A DNA stretch of 64,000 nt from Macrostomum lignano. Its lineage: Eukaryota. This document shows, piece by piece, positions 1 through 10,729 of the stretch. Below the pieces are notes generated by a model. It made no database searches. It worked only from the letters and a program-made list of their open reading frames with translations, and had not been told where the DNA came from. The translations under genes and the position numbers were made by a program. The stretch is taken from positions 1 to 64,000 of the forward strand of contig NIVC01001487.1 in assembly GCA_002269645.1 (NCBI GenBank). Reading direction: 5' to 3'. How positions within the stretch are numbered: position 1 is the stretch's first letter; the number at the start of each line of letters is the position of its first letter.

Positions 1-164
1 CAACGCTTCAATAAATGCATATTATCCATTGTGTATTTCCAGCACGATACTATGATGTATTTTTCGTGAAAAACGATTGTAACATCAATATACATGTACT
101 GAAATGTAACAACAGTAGCAGTAACAACAAACCTTGAGCAGCTAAAGGCACCATACTGCAAGGC

Positions 165-893
165 TTAAATACCATCATGCACCGACCTCGTCTTCAACTC
201 TCGGATCTCAAGCTTCAGCTTTTCATTTCGCAACCGTAAATTTTTGAGCAGAAACTCTTCCTTCTCGTCGTATATCTTGCGCTTCAGCTGCTTCCTTGGA
301 GTGTCAGGTTCTGGATCTCGAATTGGACTATGTGCTTCAGCCAGCAGTTCTATCATCGAAGGCCTGCCAGATTTGCAACGCGAGTGAGCGTCCGATGGTC
401 CACCAGTCTCACTCTCGACTTGTGTCGATCGAAGAACGGCCATCTCCATGCCTTTTCCCAAACAGCTAGAAGACTTCGATTGCGCTTCACCATTCAAAAC
501 GTTTGAATCTTCAACACTCAGTCCGACGACACTGGCACTCTTCCTTCTGATGATCTGCAGCACGAGATCGTCCAGTTTGGTGATTTTGCGCTCAGCCTCA
601 AGGCCCCCATTGCTTCCTGTCTTTCTTCTTTCATCATTCTTCTTAATTGCTCCCAGCCTCAGATTTTTCCAGAGCATGTCTCTCAGCTGCGTCACCGATT
701 TGTCTACACTGTGAGCCACTATGATGCTTTGCACTTCGTTCCATGCTTGCAGCTTTCTCTTCTTACCGTCCGCATAGTCGTCGAATTTTCCCATAAGGAC
801 ATCCTTCCATTGTAGCATCTCAAGCAGAAACAGCTTCTTGTTCTTGTTCGACACCATGGCAGAATGGTCACAGACGGGCCGATCCAGCGACAA
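165..893 (-). CDS. Myb/SANT-like DNA-binding protein, probably the second ORF of a PIF/Harbinger transposon
   Basis: 242-aa ORF with Myb_DNA-bind_5-like pattern (LLEMLQWKDVLMGK...KLQAWNEV...QLRDMLWKNLR...RRKTG) and a C-terminal coiled coil; a Harbinger-like end lies upstream at 2651-2668. Confidence 0.75.
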   Translation of the reverse strand: MSLDRPVCDHSAMVSNKNKKLFLLEMLQWKDVLMGKFDDYADGKKRKLQAWNEVQSIIVAHSVDKSVTQLRDMLWKNLRLGAIKKNDERRKTGSNGGLEAERKITKLDDLVLQIIRRKSASVVGLSVEDSNVLNGEAQSKSSSCLGKGMEMAVLRSTQVESETGGPSDAHSRCKSGRPSMIELLAEAHSPIRDPEPDTPRKQLKRKIYDEKEEFLLKNLRLRNEKLKLEIRELKTRSVHDGI

Positions 894-1032
894 CCAGAGA
901 ATGATGTATGCGTCTCCTTTGGTATGTTTATTACAAAAAGAACTTTATAAATTATAAAGTATGAAGTAGGGCTTTCTTGACGCAGAAAAGGCACAAATCA
1001 ATAATTGTCTTAGTGACGCCTCATGTCTATGG

Positions 1033-2506
1033 CCCTATTGGAATAAGTTGACAAAATGCGGACGACCGTCCGTCGCATTTTTGGATTCTCCTGGTGTTGC
1101 GTCGCGCGACAGTGGTGTCAAGTGGTGTGTCCCGTTGCGCGACACTGTGGAAACCTGGTGTCGTCATGCATCATGTCGCGCGACACGACACAATGAGACG
1201 CGAAAGTGTGGCAACTTGGCGGCTGGTGTCATCATGTGTCGCGTTGCGGCCTAGATCTGCAGCCAAAACCTTGCAAACTGTGTTTCATTGTAATAATATG
1301 TTCACGGTTGTTTCTCGGTATTTAAATGTTTCAAACATGTTTGATAAAAACTAATTCTTGAATTGTTCTTTTTTGTTTTGACAGTAAAATAACTAATGGC
1401 TCATTCCATATAAGCATGGTCGTAACATGACAGGTTATTTTTACTTATAAAATGAAATCTAATAATAGAATATACTAAACCAATATTTTAAATGAAAGAT
1501 TATTTTGTCTAGAATATATTTATAGAGTTTCATATAGATATCATCATTAGTATAGATGCTATTAAACCTTAAATGACACTTATGGTCGTAACGACAGGAT
1601 TTTTGACATATAGAAACTAAAAGGTAAAAGTCTTATAACATTTTTCATTTTTGATATTTTGCAATGCATTTTTAAAATTTGACTAAGAACATCTTTAGAA
1701 ATCATACTCTTTTATTAGAATATATAAACTCAAAAGGCAACAAAGATACAAAAGAAAAGGCAGCCTTATGGTCGTAACATTATGGTCGTAACATATTTTT
1801 TTCTGTCAATTCAGTAACTTTGAGGTACTAATACATTAAAAATATAATAGATTATTTGGTCACCAATGCTTTTATCTGATGATGCAAGTACTATACTTTT
1901 ATCTATAGTTTGTTTCAACCTTCAAAAGCTTTCTATTTGTTTTTAAAAGGTACAAAATCTTAATGATGTCTTTTGCTTCAAAAAATGTCCAAATTTTTAC
2001 AAAAATGACTTTTTGCCAATTGATAACATACTAATCCAACATTTTACCATTCCTTTATTCTTAGATTGTATATATTGCACAATATAAACATTTAGTAAAA
2101 AAATAGGCTAATTAGGCAATGGCAAGCAAAAATATTGACTTTTTTCTATTTTCCAAATATGTCCATCTTATATGGAATGAGCCTAATACTTCAAATATAA
2201 TTTTTAGAAATGTTACTTGTTAGTTACAATGCATGCGCTGTTTTTCTAACTGTTGTACCTTTGTTGTTTTACTGTTTATTGTTTTTAAATTTCATTTCTT
2301 TTTCTGCAAAATTGAAAGGAATACTCTCGTCCCTCGCTCCATGGTCTTGGTGTTGGGAGTGAACGGCAGAACGAGAATTGTCAATTGTAACGTGGCTGCC
2401 GAATGGCCCCGGTCAACAAAATTTGGTGCCGCGTTGCACTTTTGAGGGCACAATTTTGGCACCCGTGTCACGCGTCCGCGGGTTTTTGAAACTTATTCCA
2501 ATAGGG
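1033..2506. mobile_element. Non-autonomous TIR element with 8-bp TSD, superfamily unresolved
   Basis: Perfect 17-bp TIR CCCTATTGGAATAAGTT (1033-1049 / 2490-2506); identical flanks GTCTATGG at 1025-1032 and 2507-2514; no coding capacity. Confidence 0.85.
1398..2183. mobile_element. MITE nested in the 1033-2506 element
   Basis: Perfect 17-bp TIR GGCTCATTCCATATAAG (1398-1414 / 2167-2183); TAAT duplicated at 1394-1397 and 2184-2187; AT-rich interior with repeated ATGGTCGTAAC motifs. Confidence 0.85.
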
Positions 2507-3842
2507 GTCTATGGCAGAGACCCACACTAGCATGCTTTTAGCCATGGCTTACTAGCCGTTGCTTTTTAGCATGGTGTTGTGAAACCACTTTTTCAGACGC
2601 GTCTAAATAGCATGGCTAAACTAGCTGCTGCTAACTGCTAACTGCTAGCTGTTTCGTGAAATCGGCCCTAGGAGTAACTATAAATGTCTTATTAAGCAAA
2701 AATGTCTCGTCAGCTACTTAGTACTACTACTTGGTGTTTTTCTTGGATGGGCATTTTTGCCACTGCCTTGGTTGGCTGCCAAATTGGTCGGCCAAATTGG
2801 CTGACTCGGCCAACTGTTGCGCATGTATGTATGCAAGCGCCACCAACAGTTGTTAGGAGGCCTGTCATACAATGCTTTTTACATGTTAGTTGGCCTGTGT
2901 GTGGATCACATAGCTACCCTGGGGTGAGGCATGTCAACTGCCCTACTAAACTGACCTACTAAACTTATCCAGTTAATAAAATAATAACTAATAACCTCCA
3001 AGTCCATTCATTCATAATAACTAATTGAAGCCCTCCTAATTTTCCATTGAATCATTGTCATTTGCCAATGGGGCATTCAACAACCAAATTAATCTCATCT
3101 CTGAATGAGCTAAGATCTTAATGTTTTGTAATACAAAATTACAATAGTGGCAATGCTACTTTCTTATTTGTAAGCAAAACTAAGAGAAACCATGCACATT
3201 GAAATTATAGAGTCTACAACTTAATCTAATTGACCATACCTGTTTCAAAAACCACTCGACTGTGATTATAACCCATAGTCAGGATCATGGCATGGCACGA
3301 GTATGCCGGAATAAAAAGTCAGTAAAAAAGGTACGCTGTGTATGCCAAGATTAGAACCCAGTGGTACACCGACGGACCGGGGGGAGGGGGGTAGGTAGGG
3401 GTAGCAGTGCATGTAAAGGATTAGAAATTGAAATTGAAATTTGCTACTTTCCAAAATCAAAATCGAAAGCGAAGTTTTCCGAAATCAAAATTCAAAAAAC
3501 AAAGTTTAGTACAACGAACACTCACTTTTCTACTTTCAATTTATTACTCATTTTTTAAATCTAAATTTGATTTAAAATTCCAAATTTTGGAAAATCAAAA
3601 TAAAAATCGAAATTTTGGAACATCTCTAAAAAGTCAAGCTTTAACAAAGTTTTCAATTGTGTTGAAATTTCAATGACTTTAACAAAAGAAAATTAGCACT
3701 AGAAAAAAACATTTTTTTCCTTTTCAGTTTTAAAACAGTTTTTAAAAATAGATTTTATGCATCAGGATTCAAGATATTGTGGGTGGGCAGGGGCCCACGC
3801 CCACGGAGGCGCGTATATAATTATGTCGTGGCATGCCATTGC

Positions 3843-6800
3843 CAGGGACTACTCAAACATTGGGACGGGAAACTAGGCAAATCATGGCGAAGTTTTTACA
3901 AGGCTGGTTTGTTAGCAGCTGACGAGGCTGGCTGGCTTATTTGTATAGAGCGATACTTTGTTGTCTATGGTTATTTTCTATTATTTGAAGCTTGTGATAC
4001 CATTATTTCCACTGCAGTCTAGCAGGGGATGCTTGCATTATATTATAGCAGCTAAATTTCTGGCAAATGCGCAGGACAAGCTCAATTTTTCTGCTTGTGT
4101 TGTTGGCATCAATGCCAAGAAAGTGCAGCGTTGTTGGCTGCAAGTCAAATTACGAGTCCGAACGATTGGCTACGAAAGTCCATCTGTTTCCGAAGGACTC
4201 GGTTGAGCAAGAGCGATGGAAAAAGGCCCTGCCAAACATCCTAAAGGTAGGCGCTATTTACTATAAGGTAAATTGTGCCAATATATATGCAAATTTTTTC
4301 TTTATTGGCAAGTGTTTTTTCCTTTATTCCGCCTTTCAGTCTGTAACAGATCACATGGGAATCTGCGCCAAACACTGGCCACCGAACACAACAATGGTGA
4401 AAAAGCGACGATTTGAGTCACCAAAGGATCCACCTTCTATTTTCAATGGTGTTCCTCTATCTTGCCTGGTCCAGAACCAAGGTATGACTATACTTTGAAT
4501 ACCTATTTGTACTTTAGACTTTAGCATTTGGTTCATATAATCTAAAATTTCTCAAGGTTCCCACCATAAATGTTTTTACATTTTAGAACGCAATAGGGAT
4601 GTGAAGACAAGAGGTGTTCTCTCTGACGCACGAGGTGGCTTAGCGGATGAATTAGAGGAGTTTCAGCTGAGCGACACCATATCTTTGTGGAATGGTTTCT
4701 GTGACTCCGTACAGGACTCTGAAATAGTCAAACGCCACTCCTTAGTGGTTACATTTCTTCAGCAAGATTTATATATGTTTTCATTGGACTCCAATGGCGA
4801 CATGCTTGTTTGATTATTTATTTCGCCAAATTTTGCTGTTTGCGCCTACATAATGCACACGCCAGTTAATGTTTGCAACCTACTTGGATTTCAACCCACG
4901 CTGAAGTTTTGGTCGCAACTGGATGCAATTATCGTACAATGCAACAACTCTGAGTTTTCAGTTGAGAACGAGATTTTGTATTTCATGAAAAGCAACATAT
5001 TAGCCATTGACAGTGCAGCGCTAGAGATTTCGAATCCAACTATTAAATTCTTGCTTGAAGAGTTAAAGCTAACACTGGACTCACCGACTGCTCGCAGATA
5101 TAGCACTACTATCATCCGGAAGTCAGCCTTACTTTACCTGATCAGTAGCTCCGCATATTCATATATTAGAACACTCATTCCATTGCCTTATCAGTGCACG
5201 CTACAACATCAACTCGCAGGAATGGGAGAGGTGGGCACGGAGGATGATGCACTCAAAATTACGCGATTGGTTTTTTCAAAGATTTTTGGTCCTCAGCAAA
5301 ATTGCGTTCTGATGTTCGATGAAATGTACGTACAACCTTCCATTCGATATTGGTGCAAACATCTGATGGGACGTGCTAGCGAGGATCCCAGTCAGGCTGC
5401 ATGAACAGTTTTAGCCATCATGGTAAAGCCTCTTTTTGGTGGAAAGCTGTTTGTGATGCTATTAGTGCCCATTTTTTTTCTGGCTGCAGACTTTCTTTGA
5501 CATCAGCTAAGTCACTGCATAGGCATCATCAACAGTCAAGGCGGTCACGTAATTGCACTGGTTTGCGATAACCATCCTGTGAATCGAAAGTGTTTTTCTC
5601 TTTTTCGTGACAACCTTCACATCAAGCCCTGGATTGGCAGAGATCCCTCACAGGAGTCCGTTTTCTATATGATAAACGACTCAGTGCATCTGTTGAAATG
5701 CCTTAGAAACAATTGGCAAACGGAAAAAACTGGAATACTCACACTCCGTGTACCAAGCAATGGCCAGACTATATTGGCAAAGTGGAACGATTTGATCAGA
5801 GTATACAAAAGCGAAGAAAATCATGTTGTAAAGCGATCTGATCTAACCTTTGAAGCTTGCTACCCATCTAGCATTCAAAAAACTAAAGTAAGTCTAGCTT
5901 TGCAAGTTTTTAATGAAAAAGTGGCAGCTGCACTTAAGTGCGACTGTCATTATGAAACTGCTAGTTTTGTGGAGACCATTTTAAAGTTGTGGAACATAGT
6001 GAACTGCAAGAATCCAGATCTACATGTTCGATTTAATGATCCCAGCAGGAAACCTATTTTTTCTGTTCATGACGACAACATCACATTTTTGAAAGATTTT
6101 GCCGAGTCTATCAAACAGTCACAGTGCGGAAAAGGGCGCGCCCGCTACCAATGTCTCACGGCTGAGACTAAGTTGGCTATTTCGTATTCCTTGTGTGGCA
6201 TGGTGGACCTTTGCGAAGATCTGCTCTCGGATCCTGATATTTCCTTTGTTCTATTAGGGAATTTTCAGAGCGATCCTCTAGAAGGAGAGTTTGGAGTTTA
6301 TTGGCAGATGAGCGGTGGCAATTATTTTATATCTGTCGAGCAAGTCCTACTGAGTGCACGACTAAGACGCATGAAAATTTTCGCAAGTCTTGAATTGGAC
6401 AACTATCACCATAATAAGAGTCCATGTTGCACCGCGGAAATTTCTGAAGAGGAACTGACAGTGTTAGACAGCTGTCCATCAAATACAGATGGCATTGCTC
6501 TCTCAGAAAAGGCTTCCCTTTATTTCATCGCTGGTAAGATTTCTTTTCTTGCTATATCTAATTAGTATATAGCCCCCAACTAATTGTATTTTTGGTGAGC
6601 TAAAGTAGCGGTAATTAAATGGATCTTTTTCAGGCTATATCTGTGTCAAAGAGAAAATTAAAGGCGTCAACAGAGAATTTGCGTTTGCGGACAGCACAAA
6701 AGAAGAAGCCAGTGAATTCACTCAGTTACTATCGCGGGGAAAGCTACGGCACCCCCCAGAGTGGCTGTTTTCATTTCTAACTCTCTGCTACGCATGCTTC

Positions 6801-7473
6801 ACTGCCCACTCACCCGTTTGTGCAACGAGAGTGCAGACACTATTTACAACTATAGCTGAAAATTTCTTCCATTACATTGACTTCAACGTCCAAGGTGTGA
6901 CACGAAGAGCAACAAACACGTTCTTTAAGGGACTTGTCCGGAGATCATTGAAGGTGGGTCCATCATCCGTCACGGTTCAAGAGAGAAAGACAAAAAAACT
7001 TAGAAGTGCATGATATTGCGTACCAGACAAGTTCACATCTACTGAAAATTCCTGACTATTCAATGCTTAAATTCGTTAAATATTTTTTCGCATTTGTTCA
7101 TTTTCTCGTCTGTGTATATATATGTTCAAACTTCACATATTTTAATGCTCACATCAACTGTGTGAGTTAACTTTTTATTGTTTGTCTGTTCCATGTTCAC
7201 TATTCACCCCTTACAAATAGCCCTCAATGTTACCTTATATGTTTTATGAACTATTTTTCCAGTGCACTTTCAAGTAAATATACACAGTTCATAAAAGCAC
7301 CTGAATCTTAAAATTCACAGATATACTTGTAATAAAATATAAAATTTATTGAAGATTTATTGAAATATTGAAATAGCTACTGCTGCATTGGCGCAGCCAT
7401 AGATTCAACCAGCCTTGTAAAAACTTCGCCATGATTTGCCTAGTTTCCCGTTCCGATGTTTGAGTAGTCCCTG
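3843..7473 (+). mobile_element. Full-length P-superfamily DNA transposon (3631 bp)
   Basis: 66-bp TIRs starting CAGGGACTACTC (3843-3908 / 7408-7473, 2 mismatches); 8-bp TSD GCCATTGC at 3835-3842 and 7474-7481; THAP-transposase gene inside. Confidence 0.95.
4112..7013 (+). pseudogene. THAP-domain P-element (THAP9-like) transposase, 4 exons, 3 in-frame TGA stops
   Basis: Exons 4112-4246, 4340-4481, 4587-6533, 6634-7013 join in frame across GT-AG introns; THAP C2CH (CSVVGC...ICAKH), LMFDEM, DSVHLLKCLRNNW and QSDPLEGEFG motifs; TGA at 4811, 5402 and 5498. Confidence 0.9.
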
Positions 7474-8154
7474 GCCATTGCCCATAGTCAGGAAGGTGGC
7501 ACAGTGTATGCCGGAATAATTTTTTGGGACAATTTGTGCACCATCTATGCGCCATTTGTGCGCTGTCTGTGCGCCACTCTTCATAAGTAGAGTTTTCTAA
7601 GAAAGGCCTTTGTACGAAAAGCCTTTTTAAAATGTTACACATATTTTCATCTTAAACAAACTTAAATTATACTTACAAATAGAGTAATGCAAAGTTGACA
7701 TTTTTAGCAATAATTTTTACTAATTTTATTTATTGTTAATTTAAATTTAAAAGAAGCAAAAAGTTTATCACTGACTTTCTAGACTATAAAAATCTCCTTT
7801 ATTTTACGTAAAATTGTTAATTTGCATTATAATTTTCATGCATGTCAGGGACCTTATGTGCCACAATTATGCGCCTTATGCACTAGGGACCTCAGTATGC
7901 GCCATGATTGTGCGCCAAGTGCGCTAAGGACCCCTTGTGTGCAGTGCACCGCGCTTGTGCACCAATGTGCGCCAAGACCCTTTGTGTGCACGGGAATTTT
8001 CATCCCCAGAGGCCACCTTTCTGACTATGGGCCATGCATGCCATGGGGTACTTTCTCTAAACCGTGGTACGCTGTATATGCCAAAATTGGCCCAAAATTT
8101 CTCTGTGTACGCCGGAATTTTCCAAGTAAAATGCCATCTTCCTGACTATATTAT

Positions 8155-8193
8155 AAGGGGAGGGTAGTTGTAACTTATAACTACCCTCCCCTT
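8155..8193. other. 39-nt near-perfect palindrome
   Basis: AAGGGGAGGGTAGTT (8155-8169) is the exact reverse complement of AACTACCCTCCCCTT (8179-8193). Confidence 0.9.
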
Positions 8194-9739
8194 GCACTTG
8201 AGGACCTGGCAAATAGAGTATCTAGAGTATCTAGAGTAAATAGAGAAAGCTACCACAACAAAACTGCACAATTTTTCTGGCTTTACAAGTGTCAAGATAA
8301 TGAAAGTAGCACAACAAAGTTGAAACTGCCTTAACCCATTGGTGTCAGCAACAACCAACTAACACATTTTTTTCTGTGCTGCCTCATTAGACATTAGGTT
8401 ATATTCATATTGTTAGGCTCCCTACAAGAAAAAGGCTTATGATATATTTTACAATTGAACTATTAGGCCTAATTTTTATTTAGTCTTAAAAACAAATAAA
8501 AACAATAGGCCCTATAAGGACTATATTGTAGACAGTTGTAAAGGCCTATGGCAGTGGCAATGGGCCAATGGCAATGGTATCAAAGGACAAAGATAGTAGT
8601 ATGACAATTTGTTTCTAAGCAAAGCTAAAGCTAGAGGTAGAGGTAGAATCCCACTCGAATTTTCACAAATTGCTTTTTTATTCTATTTCTACTTCTGCCT
8701 AATTTCCTTGCAAAGTAAAAGATAGGTCTACTAACACCTAATTTGCAACAAGTAGTAGGCCTAGTAAATTTGGCTCAGGCAAGGAGCCTGTTTTGCCAAT
8801 ATTAAACGATGTATTTAGTATTTGTTAACAAACCTACTTTTCATTCAAAATTGAATTTTGTGTGCATATAAACAAAGAATGGGACTCTAGTGGGAATAAT
8901 GGGAATTTAGTTAAAAATTTTTAATGCTAAATTGATTTGGGACTTTGGGTTCGGTTCCGCGTGCCGGTGCCGGTAAGCCATTTCCGATTTCGGCGAAAGC
9001 TATTTCAAAATTAATAAATTTAAAAAGTAGGGCTCCATAGTAAGAGCTTAGCTGACTTAACAGTAAAAAGTTTTTTCTTTATTGCAGTTTTTTGACTAAC
9101 TATTCCTGAGCCTACTCTTTTATATAAGTAGGTATTTGTTTAAAAGTTGTGCATTTTCCTAGAAACTGATGCACAAAATCAGATCAGATCACCGCTGTGC
9201 ATATTGCGGCCATAGGTACCGTTGGCCTAGAGTCTTGACAAATGCAGTATTTGGGATTTTATTAATGAATTCAATCTATTAAGTTTGCCACGTCATGTCA
9301 ATGTCACCCTATGTATCGTAGGCTCTTCAGCTTCAGCCTGACTAGTAGGCTAAGGCGCAGGCGGATATATTTTATAAGCTAGGCCTAGCCTAGGCAATAA
9401 ATATATAAATACATAAATACATCATGTTGTACTAATAAGTATTGCATAATTCATTTCATTAGGCCTAATCTCAATTTTCCGAAACTTAGAACCTTGCACC
9501 AGAGCTAGCTAGGGCTTAACTTCTTCTTTAAACAGTAAACTCTTAATTTAAAAAACTCTTCTATTGACTTTTTACTTTACTGTTTATTATTAACATTTAT
9601 CATATGCACTTTTAAATATAAATGTTCACTATTTTAATTTTTTCAAAAACAAAAAGAAAAAAGTACTGCATCTTAAGCTGGCATCAGTCAATAAGTCAAG
9701 TTACTTCTAGTAAATTTGGCAACAAAAATTTTTACAGCT

Positions 9740-10668
9740 GGCAGTTGTTATTTGTCCGGTGACCGGACGAATAGCGACATGGTTATTCGTCCGGTTACCG
9801 GACAAATAGCCATTTCACTATTTGTCCGATCATTTTACCAGACAAATAGCCATTTTGTTATTTGTCCGGTTAAATATATATTACTAGTACTATCTACTTG
9901 TTGTAGGGAATATGTCTGGTTTTTAACGGCTTCTTTACTCATATCTTGATCAATATATTGTTATACTAGTGTACGACTACACGCGCGATTAGTTTCACTT
10001 GAAATTTAGCTTGCAGGCACGTTTGTCTTTGCACGATTGTTGAAACCACTCAATGCTTATCTAGCATTTAGATTAGATAGTAATATCTATCTCAAAGGTA
10101 TATGCATATCTCATCTATATTGCATACTGTATCGATGCAGATGCCACAATAGTACTCTAATGGCGGTAGCTTTATGGTGTATCATATAAAACCAATTGGT
10201 ATATTAATGATAAGTGCAACATGCGGAATAATTGATCAAAAAGGGTAGGCACATGCGTATGCACCATGTGCATGTTGGAACGAGGAGGGAATGTAAGAGA
10301 TTACAGATTACATGTGATGTACATGTACAGTCTGAACGTATTTTAATTAATGCTCGACCGGTTTCAACAATCGTGCAAAGACAAACGTGCAGGGCAAGCT
10401 AAATTTTAAGTGAAACTAATCGCGCGTGTAGTCGTACACTAGTATAACAATATATTGATCAAGATATGAGTAAAGAAGCCGTTAAAAAACAGACATATTC
10501 CCTACAACAAGTAGATAGTACTAGTAATATATATTTAACCGGACGAATAACAAAATGGCTATTTGTCCGGTAATATAACCGGACGAATAGTAAAATGGCT
10601 ATTTGTCCGGTAACCGGACGAATAACCATGTCGCTATTCGTCCAGTCACCGGACAAATAACAACTGCC
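9740..10668. mobile_element. Mutator/MULE-like non-autonomous foldback element
   Basis: ~308-bp TIRs (9740-10047 / 10360-10668) starting GGCAGTTG; 9-bp TSD TTTACAGCT at 9731-9739 and 10669-10677; internal CCGGAC(A/G)AATA repeats. Confidence 0.9.
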
Positions 10669-10729
10669 TTTACAGCTAGGCCTAGCTTTTTTAGTGATAA
10701 GCCATAATTTCCTATGGCTATATTCCTAG

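Larger units (their letters stand above)
1..2668 (-). mobile_element. PIF/Harbinger transposon, one end only (other end and transposase presumably left of the window)
   Basis: Terminal GTTTCGTGAAATCGGCCC|TAG (reverse complement GGGCCGATTTCACGAAAC, Harbinger-like TIR) with CTAGC/CTAAC subterminal repeats at 2520-2650, plus the Myb-like ORF. Confidence 0.6.
3272..8150. mobile_element. Probable degenerate non-autonomous DNA element(s) interrupted by the P element
   Basis: CCCATAGTCAGGA..TGGC motif direct at 3272 and 7481, inverted at 8012-8031 and 8131-8150; GGTACGCTGT(G/A)TATGCCAA at ~3330 and ~8067; no clean TSD found. Confidence 0.4.

Noticed and set aside
4811-5500. TGA reassignment or selenocysteine recoding in the P transposase
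   Set aside because: TGA is the normal stop of the TIR, F-lectin, FReD A and WSC genes in this window; CpG decay is simpler
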